Notes under the pieces: model-generated
What the model was told of the DNA's origin: nothing
The model's input: only the letters and a program-made list of their open reading frames with translations
Database searches by the model: none
From: an uncultured Verrucomicrobiae bacterium
GTDB lineage: Bacteria; Verrucomicrobiota; Verrucomicrobiia; Chthoniobacterales; Chthoniobacteraceae
NCBI GenBank assembly: GCA_963828525.1
Contig: CAWHEP010000010.1
Location: 304,896-368,895 of the forward strand
Length of the DNA stretch: 64,000 nucleotides
Reading direction: 5' to 3'
Translations under genes and position numbers: made by a program
Part shown: positions 29,093-37,810 of the stretch, piece after piece
Layout of the letters: every line of letters starts with the position of its first letter
How positions within the stretch are numbered: the first letter of the stretch is position 1

Positions 29093-29914
29093 GTGAATAC
29101 CTTGATGCCAAACATTTTCGATCTCACTGGTAAAGTCGCCATCGTTACGGGAACCAGTCGCGGGCTCGGACAACACCTAGGGAGAGCGCTGGCCACCGCG
29201 GGCGCGGATTTGGTTGTCACCAGCCGCAATCCATCGACGCTTGAATCCTTCCAGAGAGAGATCGAAGCGCTCGGCCGCCGCGCGCTTCCCCTGCCACTTG
29301 ATGTGCGGGATCAGGTCAGCATTCAGAGAATGGTAGAAGATGCTGTCGCCCATTACGGCGCAATCGATATCCTCGTGAACAATGCCGGATGCAATGTTCG
29401 AAAGCCGGCCCTGGAAGTGTCATGGGACGAATGGAATCTGATTCTGGACACGAACCTGCGCGGCACCTTTTTCGTGTCGCAAGCCGTGGCGCGCCACATG
29501 GTATCGAGGAAACGCGGACGGATCATAAACATCGGTTCGGTGACGTGTGTCGCGGGCTATGCCGGGCTCGCCCCGTATGGCGCGAGCCGTGGCGGCGTGA
29601 AGCAGCTTACGATGAGTCTCGCCGACGATTGGGGAATGCATGGCATCACGGTAAACTGTCTCGCTCCCGGATGGTTCAGGACAGCGCAGAACGCGGTAAT
29701 GTATGAGAATCAGGAATGGGTCGATTACCTATGTGATCGAATCCCGCTTAAACGACCGGGCAAACCATCCGACCTGGATGGCGCGGTGGTTTTTCTGGCG
29801 TCAGACGCGAGTGAGTATATGACCGCCCAAACTTTGTTAATTGACGGCGGAATCTCCGGAGGCGCTGTGCGCGCTCTGCCACGTCCGGGGTTCGGTGAGT
29901 CGTCTGTTGCGTAG
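29093..29914 (+). CDS. SDR oxidoreductase (gluconate 5-dehydrogenase/KduD-like)
   Basis: TGTSRGLG and NNAG. The active-site motif reads YGASR. Confidence 0.85.
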   Translation: MNTLMPNIFDLTGKVAIVTGTSRGLGQHLGRALATAGADLVVTSRNPSTLESFQREIEALGRRALPLPLDVRDQVSIQRMVEDAVAHYGAIDILVNNAGCNVRKPALEVSWDEWNLILDTNLRGTFFVSQAVARHMVSRKRGRIINIGSVTCVAGYAGLAPYGASRGGVKQLTMSLADDWGMHGITVNCLAPGWFRTAQNAVMYENQEWVDYLCDRIPLKRPGKPSDLDGAVVFLASDASEYMTAQTLLIDGGISGGAVRALPRPGFGESSVA

Positions 29915-29978
29915 GGAGCGCAATTTTTCCTGGAACCGGTCTGCCGAGCTTGTCGTGGAGAGGACTATACGCCGCAAT

Positions 29979-30404
29979 ATGTCAACCGGCCCATACCTTA
30001 AGTCGAAGATCGGAGCGCATCTACGCTACCCAGTAAAATTCACGGAGCTTCAAACGCTTCTCTCGCCATCTGTCGAAGAACTGCCGCTCCAGGTTTGGTT
30101 TTACGACGGTTATAAGGCTCCTCGGAAGAATGAAAGCCGGGAGAGCTATGTCATTTTTGAAGCCCGCTACTACTCTCCAGATACGCAGCTTTCCGGGACG
30201 TTGTGGCAACTCTTTGTCTACCCGGTGCCGCTTGCCCTGTTGCAACATGTTGGTTCCGTGGTTCCGGCCGGATTGGCTTGCGTTCGAGACTGGTTGCTGG
30301 CTTCGCGCTCCCCGATCTGGCTTTCCTCGGGGCATGCTCTCTTCATTGACTTTGCCCCGGGATCGCAGGAGATCACCGTTCGCGAATGGAGTAAGTGGAA
30401 ATAG
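29979..30404 (+). CDS. Hypothetical protein (about 141 aa)
   Basis: ORF from MSTGPYLK with GGAGAGG upstream; no motif recognised. Confidence 0.5.
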   Translation: MSTGPYLKSKIGAHLRYPVKFTELQTLLSPSVEELPLQVWFYDGYKAPRKNESRESYVIFEARYYSPDTQLSGTLWQLFVYPVPLALLQHVGSVVPAGLACVRDWLLASRSPIWLSSGHALFIDFAPGSQEITVREWSKWK

Positions 30405-30510
30405 CGAGGAAGGAAGTAACAAACTTCTGACGAGGCAAAATTCTTGGTTGCTTTCATTGTTCGACGCGCCGAACAGCGATTCTCTCCACGCCAAGCGATG
30501 CTCTCTGATA

Positions 30511-30540
30511 TTGACAGCAGCGCGTGAGATTGCTTATTGA
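30511..30540 (+). promoter_or_regulatory. Possible sigma70-type promoter for the barrel-cupredoxin-cyclase operon
   Basis: Perfect TTGACA at 30511 with a weak -10-like TTATTG/TATTGA 17-18 bp downstream. Inverted repeat TGTTCG-N6-CGAACA at 30458-30475. Confidence 0.3.
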
Positions 30541-30549
30541 TCCTTCCCG

Positions 30550-31402
30550 ATGAAATGGTCTTCGTTTCATAGGGCCATTTTGATGCTCGCGCTCTGGACT
30601 GGATGCGCGGCGGGAGCGAACGCGGACTGGATTCGCGATTTCAGCGTAGAGAGCATCTATAACAGCAATATCTCCAACTCGAACCGCGCAACCGACCGTC
30701 TGGACGACTTCGCGTTCGGGACCTCGGCGCGGCTTGGAAGGTCTACTCAACTGAGCGACAGCCTTCGGTTGATATTCACGATCGACCTCGCTTCGCAAAC
30801 CTTCACGAAGTTCGACGCGCTTGATAATTACTCTGCGGGCGCCACCACGTCGCTGCGCTACCGGTTTGGCCTCGGGGCTCTTGCGCCATTTCTCAGCGTG
30901 GAGGGCAGTCTTCGCTGGAAGGAGTTTAACGACAGCCTTCAGGAGGGTGTGCGTTCGCGCGTGGTGGTGGTGGCTGGCAAGCGTTTGACGGAGCGGTTCG
31001 AATTGCGGGCGGGTTACGTCTTTGACCATGCGGACGCCCGCGCCGCCGTTTATGAACAGGAGGGTCATGGAGGATTCGCGCGCGCCACCATTCGATCTCA
31101 CGAGCAGCGCGCAACTTACGGTGGAATATTCGGCGCGGCGGGGTCAGGTGATTTCCTATGGCAGGCCGCCAAGGCCTGATCTCGTGGGTCTCGCGAATGA
31201 CCGGATGCTGGTTGATACCTTCGGGACCCCTTATGTGGCATATAATATCGACGCGACGACCCAGCGCGCGGCAGTCGGTTTACACCAGGCGCTGACGCGC
31301 AACCTCGGGTTGAGCCTTGATTACGAATGGCAGCAAACCACGCGGAGTAATATTGAATACACAAACCATCTCGTCATCCTCGCCGTCCAGGCCAGCTTCT
31401 GA
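30550..31402 (+). CDS. Outer-membrane beta-barrel protein, apparent +1 frameshift near 31090
   Basis: Signal peptide, amphipathic beta strands and C-terminal VILAVQASF. ORFs 30550..31179 and 31022..31402 join if one A is removed. Confidence 0.75.
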
Positions 31403-32060
31403 CGCGCTCCGGCTGATCGCGCGCGTCTGCGCGTCGATCCTCGCGATATCCGCCGGCTGTGCCTGCGCGCTCGCGGCCGAGGTGGCCGCGCAGGTAAACG
31501 ACACGCGCGGGGCTCCGGTTGCCAATGCCGTGGTATACGCGACACCGCTTTCCGGGAAGGCCGGCCAAAAACCGCAACCGGCGGTCATTACGCAACAGAA
31601 CCAGCAGTTTGTTCCTTATGTCACCGCAGTGGAGACGGGAGCCGTGATTAATCTCCCGAACCGCGATAACGTGAAGCATCAGGCCTACTCGATTTCCCCC
31701 GCGAAGAAATTCGAGCTGCCGCTCTACGTCGGAACTCCGGAAGCCCCGCTGCTGTTCGACAAGCCGGGCATCGTCACCATCGGCTGCAATATTCACGACT
31801 GGATGAGAGCCTATGTCTGTGTTGTGGACACCCCATTCTTTGCGGTCACCGGCGCGGACGGGCGAGCCCAGCTCCGCGGCCTGGCCGCGGGCACCTATAC
31901 GGTGGAAGTGTGGCAGCCTCGGTTGAAAGAGCAGCAGTCGAAGTACAGGCAGCAAGCAAGCCTCGGCGCGTCGCCAGCTCATGTCGCCTTCACGCTCGAT
32001 CTCAAGCCCGACTTCCGCCCGAGGCGCAATCCCGCGTCTGTCGATGCGACTTACCGCTAA
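31353..32060 (+). CDS. Secreted cupredoxin-like protein (so-called methylamine utilisation protein family); start uncertain
   Basis: Signal-like ..CACALA-AEV, QQFVP, HQAYS and GCNIHDWM (type-1 Cu ligands H, C, H, M); C-terminal GTYTVEVW domain. Confidence 0.8.
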   Translation: MNTQTISSSSPSRPASDALRLIARVCASILAISAGCACALAAEVAAQVNDTRGAPVANAVVYATPLSGKAGQKPQPAVITQQNQQFVPYVTAVETGAVINLPNRDNVKHQAYSISPAKKFELPLYVGTPEAPLLFDKPGIVTIGCNIHDWMRAYVCVVDTPFFAVTGADGRAQLRGLAAGTYTVEVWQPRLKEQQSKYRQQASLGASPAHVAFTLDLKPDFRPRRNPASVDATYR

Positions 32061-32065
32061 CGCGG

Positions 32066-32085
32066 CGCCGCCCTCGGGGGCGGCG
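32066..32085. other. GC-rich intergenic hairpin
   Basis: CGCCGCCC-TCGG-GGGCGGCG, a perfect 8-bp stem between the cupredoxin and cyclase genes; no U-tract. Confidence 0.55.
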
Positions 32086-32096
32086 GCATCCACGGG

Positions 32097-33831
32097 ATGA
32101 AACTTTCGCTTTCCGCGTTCCGTTTCCGCACGTTGCGCGGCCGGTTGGTCTTCATATTTCTCTCGCTCCTCACGGTGCTGCAGGCGGTGACGTTCCTGTT
32201 GGTGCTCCAGGCAAACCGGCAGCACGCCCTCCGGCAGATCGACGCGGGCCTGGCGACAGGGGAGCGCGTTTTCTCCACGCTCAAAAACCGGCGTCTCGAA
32301 GAGTTGAACGAGCATGCGCGGCTGCTGGCTTTCGATTACGGATTCAAGCAGGCTTTTGGCGCCAGCGCGAACGATCCGCGAACGATGCGCCTCGCGATGC
32401 AGAACTGGCGTGATCGCGTTCGCGCGAGTTTCTTCGTCCTCGTCTCGCTTGATCGGAAGGTTCTGTACGACAGCCAGGATATCAAGCGTGATGGCACGGT
32501 ATTCGATCTCCCCGCGCTCATCACGGCGGCGGAAGGATCAGAGGAGGGTGAAACGCGCGGACTGACTCTGCGCGATGGCAAGCTTTTCGCCGTTGTCGTC
32601 GTGCCCCTGCTTGCGCCCGACCCGGCCGCGTGGATCTGTCTCGGCTTTAGGATTGACGACGCGTTCGCGCGCGAATTAGGCGCGGTCACCAAGCAGGAAG
32701 TCTCCTTCCTCACTCGGAATGGTGGTTGGCGCGTGCTGGCGACAACTCTCGATCCTGCAGGAGAATCCGCGCTGACCCAGGCGATGCGGCGCGCCCTGCT
32801 TCCACCCGGACGCACCAGCGTGGTGGATCTGGGTGGCGCGCGGTTCGTTTCGGTGCTGACTCCCGTGGATGTCGTCAACGGACAAGCCGCCGTCCTGCTC
32901 CAGCGTAATCTTGATACCGAGCTCGCGCCCTTCAAGTCTCTTGAGATCGTTCTTCTTGGTGTGGGCCTCGCCGGGTTGACTGTCTCCGCCGTCGCGGCTT
33001 TCGCGTTCGCCAGATCGGTGGCGAAGCCCGTCCTGCGTCTGGCGCAAGGCGCCCGCCGTGTCGAGAGGGGCGATTACTCCGTGCAACACGACAGAGAGGC
33101 AGAACGGGCGGACGAGATCGGCCAGCTTGCCCAGTCTTTCCAAAGGATGACTGTCGGTCTGGCGGAACGGGACCGCGTCCGTGATCTTCTGGGCAAGGTT
33201 GCTTCGCCCGCGATTGCCGCCGAGCTTCTCCGCAGAGAGTCGGCTCTCGGCGGAGAGGAACGTTGCGTCACCGTTCTATTTTCCGACCTGCGCGACTTCA
33301 GCGCGATCAGCGAACGGCTGCTGGCCAGCGAAGTCGTGGCGATGCTCAATGCGGTACTTCACGCGCATGAGCGAGATCGTGGACGCTCATGGAGGCGTAG
33401 TGGATAAATACATCGGCGACGCGGTGATGGCGCTCTTTGGCGCGCCGTTGGAACAGCCGGATCACGCCGCGCGCGCCCTCATGGCGGCCCTCGATATGGG
33501 CGCGGCGCTTGATGTCCTGAATGCCGCGGGTTTTGCAAGCGAGGTGTTGCAGATGGGCATCGGGATCCACACGGATACCGTGATTGCCGGTAACATGGGC
33601 TCACCCGAGCGTCACAACTACACAGTCATAGGGGATGGCGTGAACATTGCCTCGCGGCTCCAGGCGCTGACGCGCCGCCCGGAATATGACACGCGCATCA
33701 TCATCAGCGACGCGACGCTGCGCCAGGCCGGACTCGGTTTCAGTACTCGCTCGTTGGGCGAAGTTTTGGTCAAGGGCAAGGCGCAACCCGTGACAATCCA
33801 CGCGCTGGTTGCGAAAACAGAGCCTGTATGA
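32097..33831 (+). CDS. Membrane adenylate cyclase (TM - periplasmic Cache-like - TM - HAMP - class III cyclase), apparent +1 frameshift near 33353
   Basis: HAMP DEIGQLAQSF; cyclase motifs VLFSDLRDF, DKYIGDAVM and YTVIGDGVNIASRL, split over two ORFs. Confidence 0.88.
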
Positions 33832-33886
33832 GGTGGCCGGGCAACAGGATGGAAAGCAGCTGACTTCGTTGGAATCGACGTTATTC

Positions 33887-35068
33887 TCATTTGAGTTTAT
33901 GTAATTCTGAAACTGCACGGAGAAGTCCCATGGCCTCTATGTCTTGACCGAGGCTGAAGCTGTCTTCGCCGGGATAAACGACAATACGGCGGGTTGCCTT
34001 CAGATCGGCGCAACCTGTGTGGAATCCTCTGGAGACATTCGGCGTGGAACCTCGTTTTACTTCGATCGCCCAACATTCCTTGCCTCCCAACTTCAATACC
34101 AAGTCGATCTCGGCTCCAGCTGAGGTCCGATAAAAGCAGGATGAGGTTCCCACGGGGACCGCGGCGAGAAGGTTCTCGATGGCAAAGCCCTCCCAACTGC
34201 CCCCTGCCACCGGGTGGCCCAGGACATCATCTGCCGAACGCAAGCCCAGGAGAGCGTGGACGAGACCTGAATCGCGCACATAGACCTTGGGGCTGCGAAT
34301 TTGCCGTTTCAGGCTATTGCCACTCCACGGTTGCAGGCGACGCGCCAGGAGCAGGTCAACGAGGAGGTCTAAATATCGCGTTATCGTCTGGCCGCTGATC
34401 CCAAGCGAACCCGCCAGGACCGAATGATTCAGGAGCGCGCCTTGCGCATTGGCCAACATCGTCCAGAAGCGACGCAGGGTTTCCGCCGGTAAACGCGGTC
34501 CGAGCGCGGGAATATCCCTCTCCAGATACGTTCTAATGAACGATAATCGCCATTGAAAGCTGACATCCTCGTCCGGGGCGAGGAAACTGTCGGGGAATCC
34601 GCCGCGAATCCAGAGCGGGTCCACCTTGCGGCCCACGGCGTGAACCTCTTCTGCAAGAAGCGGAGTCAATTCGAGCGAAGCCAGTCGTCCAGCGAGGCTC
34701 TCGGACGATTGCTTGAGCAAATCGAGCGAGGCTGATCCCAGCAGGAGAAATTGCCCCGCGAGTTGTCCCTTTCTCTTTTGCGCGTCAATGACACTCCGCA
34801 GTATGGGGAATAGGTCAGGTCTTCGTTGGATTTCGTCCAAAATAACCAGGTGGCCCTGATGCCGCGAAAAATAATCTTCAGCGTCACTGAGTTTGGCGAG
34901 ATCGGATGGCAACTCCAGGTCGAGATAGGTGGCTTTTGGTTCATTCTCGATGAGCTGTAGGGCCAGCGTGGTTTTTCCAACTTGGCGGGGTCCAAGCAGG
35001 GCCACCGCAGGGAAATGGATGAGTAAGTCGGCGAGCTTATGCCGTAGAAGTCGTGGAATCACAACCAT
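33887..35068 (-). CDS. AAA_14 ATPase with DUF4143 / PD-(D/E)xK-like C-terminus
   Basis: GPRQVGKT, ILDEIQ, GGFP, SPKVYVRDSG and EIDLV..AIEVK. Confidence 0.9.
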   Translation of the reverse strand: MVVIPRLLRHKLADLLIHFPAVALLGPRQVGKTTLALQLIENEPKATYLDLELPSDLAKLSDAEDYFSRHQGHLVILDEIQRRPDLFPILRSVIDAQKRKGQLAGQFLLLGSASLDLLKQSSESLAGRLASLELTPLLAEEVHAVGRKVDPLWIRGGFPDSFLAPDEDVSFQWRLSFIRTYLERDIPALGPRLPAETLRRFWTMLANAQGALLNHSVLAGSLGISGQTITRYLDLLVDLLLARRLQPWSGNSLKRQIRSPKVYVRDSGLVHALLGLRSADDVLGHPVAGGSWEGFAIENLLAAVPVGTSSCFYRTSAGAEIDLVLKLGGKECWAIEVKRGSTPNVSRGFHTGCADLKATRRIVVYPGEDSFSLGQDIEAMGLLRAVSELHKLK

Positions 35069-35070
35069 GT

Positions 35071-35095
35071 AATTCTTCCATGTCGTGGAAGAATT
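35071..35095. promoter_or_regulatory. Perfect inverted repeat (putative operator) directly upstream of the AAA-DUF4143 gene
   Basis: AATTCTTCCA-TGTCG-TGGAAGAATT, 2 bp from the ATG and overlapping a TTGCAA -35-like hexamer. Confidence 0.6.
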
Positions 35096-35280
35096 GCAAG
35101 TTTAAGTTAGTTTGGAACTAAGGGTGGCGCGCCCTTCGAATGGCAATTTCCGCTCCAGGATCAAAGCCGCGCGGCCAAAGCGCCGACGCAACCGCAAAGC
35201 TGCCGGGTGACATATTTTACTGTTAAGCTGCATCCGCGTTCAGCGGCGATTTCAAGCGGCTAAGGAACAAAGAGCGCGGG

Positions 35281-35509
35281 TTACCTTCCACTGAGGGCGG
35301 CGAACTCTTCCACGGTGAGGCCGCTGGAACGGATCAAGCTCCGTAAAGTGCCTTTGGCGACTTCCCGATGATCGGGAACGGACAACGTTGCCATATTGCC
35401 CTTTTTGATGAGGATCATGTGGCTGCCGCGCTGCCGCACATTTTGCCAGCCGTCCTTGGGCGAATGACTTGACGACATCGCGTCCGCTGAGTGTCGGCAG
35501 CGAGGCCAA
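35281..35509 (-). CDS. hicA: HicA-family toxin, apparent +1 frameshift near 35459
   Basis: LASLPTLSGRDVVKSFA joins KDGWQNVRQRGSHMIL..VPDH.EVAKGTLRSLIRSSGL. Confidence 0.85.
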
Positions 35510-35510
35510 T

Positions 35511-35717
35511 TCAGACAGCCACCTCGACCTGCTGCGTTTCGATGGTAAGCGGCAAGCCGAGTTCGGCCCGGACTTCCAAACAGGCGGCGATGGCCTCACA
35601 AATGTTGATGAGAGCTTCCTCGCGAGTCGCGCCTTGGCTGACGCAGCCCGGGATAGAAGGACATTCGGCAATCCAAACGCCGTCTTCATCTCGCTCAAGT
35701 GTGGTCACGAACTTCAT
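35511..35717 (-). CDS. hicB: Short HicB-family antitoxin (no DNA-binding domain)
   Basis: EDGVWIAECPSIPGCVSQGATREEALINICEAI. Confidence 0.9.
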   Translation of the reverse strand: MKFVTTLERDEDGVWIAECPSIPGCVSQGATREEALINICEAIAACLEVRAELGLPLTIETQQVEVAV

Positions 35718-35775
35718 GCGCTTTACTTTACCGCGTTTCTCCTTTTAGGAAAGCGCCCCATTTTGTCGCCACGCC

Positions 35776-35950
35776 TTATTTCGGATCGTGCCGTTGGTCG
35801 CCTTTGCCCTCCTCAGCATCTAACATCGCAAACACCTCTGCTGAGGCGTTATTGGTCGCTTGGTATTCCTCAAGCCAAGCGGCTACCTCCCGCGCCTGCT
35901 AGAATGGGCAAGTGCTCGATGGCGGACTCAATTTCGGCGACCGTGGTCAT
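35776..35950 (-). CDS. Uncalled small acidic antitoxin-like protein (about 57 aa), apparent +1 frameshift near 35901
   Basis: Manual translation MTTVAEIESAIEHLPI / QAREVAAWLEEYQATNNASAEVFAMLDAEEGKGDQRHDPK*. The span is 175 bp, i.e. 3n+1. Confidence 0.55.
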
Positions 35951-36084
35951 GGCTTAACCTTATCGGTTTCTCGTTTTTCCAGCAAGTCCGCTTCCTTCAG
36001 TTTAAAAAGTGATTCAGGGCGGGCTCCTTTCCGCGTCGCTCATTTTGCTCGCTTCGTATGCGGCCCCGTGTAGGATCGGCGCAT

Positions 36085-36657
36085 ATGGCTTCCAAAATTA
36101 CATCCCTCCACAAAGTTTTCGTCGATGAGTTGAAAGATCTCTACAGCGCGGAAACTTTGATCGCCAAGGCTCTGCCCAAGATGGCCAAGGCGGCAACGTC
36201 ACCCGATCTGAAAAACGGATTCAAGCTGCATCTGGAGCAAACGAAGGAGCATGCCGCTCGCATCAAGAGCATCTGCGCGGAGCTAAACGAGAAGCCGACG
36301 GGCAAAGTGTGCCAAGCCACGGTTGGGCTGGTTGCCGAAGGCCAGGAGGCAATCGACGAAGACGCGTTGCCGGAGATGAAGGACTTGATGCTGATCGCAG
36401 CCGCGCGGCGGGTCGAACATTACGAGATGTCGGGATACATCTCGGCTTGCGCGTTGGCGAAAGCGTTGGGATTGACCGAAGCTTTCAAGACGCTTTCGAC
36501 TACGTTGTCCGAGGAAAAAGCCACGGATGCGACGCTTGCCAAAGCGTCCGGTCCGGCGGTTTCCAGCGCTAAAGCGGCCGAGAAAGCCGCGGCTGGGGAT
36601 GGCAGCGTCAAAACCGCCGCCAAGACAATCGGCAAAATCATCAAGAAGCTGGCGTAG
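36085..36657 (+). CDS. DUF892 ferritin-like stress protein (YciF-like)
   Basis: ELKDLYSAE, HLEQTKEH, RVEHYE and EEKATD. Confidence 0.88.
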   Translation: MASKITSLHKVFVDELKDLYSAETLIAKALPKMAKAATSPDLKNGFKLHLEQTKEHAARIKSICAELNEKPTGKVCQATVGLVAEGQEAIDEDALPEMKDLMLIAAARRVEHYEMSGYISACALAKALGLTEAFKTLSTTLSEEKATDATLAKASGPAVSSAKAAEKAAAGDGSVKTAAKTIGKIIKKLA

Positions 36658-36756
36658 CGTAACGAAGCTCAACACGCGAAATTCGGAGGGGGCCGAAAAG
36701 GTTCTATCGCGGGCGCGCGTGATGATCCTGGCGATCTTCCGGCGCCGGACGGAGAA

Positions 36757-37773
36757 TCAGCGCTGGTACAAGGGGATGTAATGGTAAGGCATGGCAAGGA
36801 TGCCCGCGTGAACTGCGGTGCAGTACACCGCGCCGACGTCGCCGTTGCCCTTGGGTTCCCAGTGGCATAGCCCAGTAAGCGGGTCGCGCCTTACGGATGC
36901 CATGAGCGCGTCGCGAGCTTGTGAATACCATTGATGCCACGCTTCTCCCCCGATCATGGACTCGGCGGGAGCGGCGTAGTAGCTCCCGTAAGTCCAGTAG
37001 CTTTTATCGGCGCTATTGAGGATGTAGGCGGAGCCGGCTTTCACCATTGGATCGTCATAGAGGCCGCATACCTGAAGAGAGTAAATGGCGGCGGCGGTGC
37101 GAGCGTAACCCGGCTTTTGATGCGGCATGTAGCTGAACCCGCCGGTGGACGGGTCGCAACAACTGCGGACGAAGTCGACCGCGCGGTCAATGGTCGCCCG
37201 CGGAACATCGATGCCAGCGTTTTTGGCGGCGCGGAGGGCAACCACCTGGAGGACGGTGACGGAGATGTCGGCATCCCGCGGGAAAGGTTGGTAACGCCAG
37301 CCGCCTTTGACGTTCTGTGTGTCGATGATGACCTGGATGAGGCGCTTGAGAGCGGGGCGGATCGCGGCGGAGCGCGATTGTCCATAAGCCTCGGCAAGCG
37401 CGATCGTAGCAATGCCGTGGTTATACATATACTTGCCGCCTTCCACGCTCCGGAAGAGGCCGTCGGGCTGGATCGAGTCGAGGAGAAAATGGATGCCAGC
37501 GGAGACATTCGGGGCGTACTGGCCCTCATCGGGAAGCTGGCCGTCCGCCATATATGCCAGGAGGGTGTAACCTGTTATGGCCACGGAGTTCTGAGGGTTC
37601 TGCGGGGGGCCGGTGAACCATGCGCCGTTGACACCCTGCATCGAGGCGAGCCATTTCAGGCTGCCATCGATGACGGAGGCGGTTTGTGGATCGACTACAA
37701 CGTCGGGGGGCTCGGCTTGGACCGCGGACAGAGCCAGAGCTGTGAGGAAGAGGAGGGAGCGGACTGCGCGCAT
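36757..37773 (-). CDS. Secreted prenyltransferase/squalene-cyclase-repeat protein
   Basis: Signal peptide, QW-like repeats ([18 protein letters not shown]), [12 protein letters not shown] and a PIYQR-like end (IPLYQR). Confidence 0.8.
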   Translation of the reverse strand: MRAVRSLLFLTALALSAVQAEPPDVVVDPQTASVIDGSLKWLASMQGVNGAWFTGPPQNPQNSVAITGYTLLAYMADGQLPDEGQYAPNVSAGIHFLLDSIQPDGLFRSVEGGKYMYNHGIATIALAEAYGQSRSAAIRPALKRLIQVIIDTQNVKGGWRYQPFPRDADISVTVLQVVALRAAKNAGIDVPRATIDRAVDFVRSCCDPSTGGFSYMPHQKPGYARTAAAIYSLQVCGLYDDPMVKAGSAYILNSADKSYWTYGSYYAAPAESMIGGEAWHQWYSQARDALMASVRRDPLTGLCHWEPKGNGDVGAVYCTAVHAGILAMPYHYIPLYQR

Positions 37774-37810
37774 TTTGCGGAAGGAGGAAGGAGCGCGAAG
37801 CCAACCGTTG

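Noticed and set aside
30458..30475. TGTTC..GAACA as a verrucomicrobial SOS box
   Set aside because: The spacer is 8 nt rather than 4. Kept only as a generic inverted repeat.
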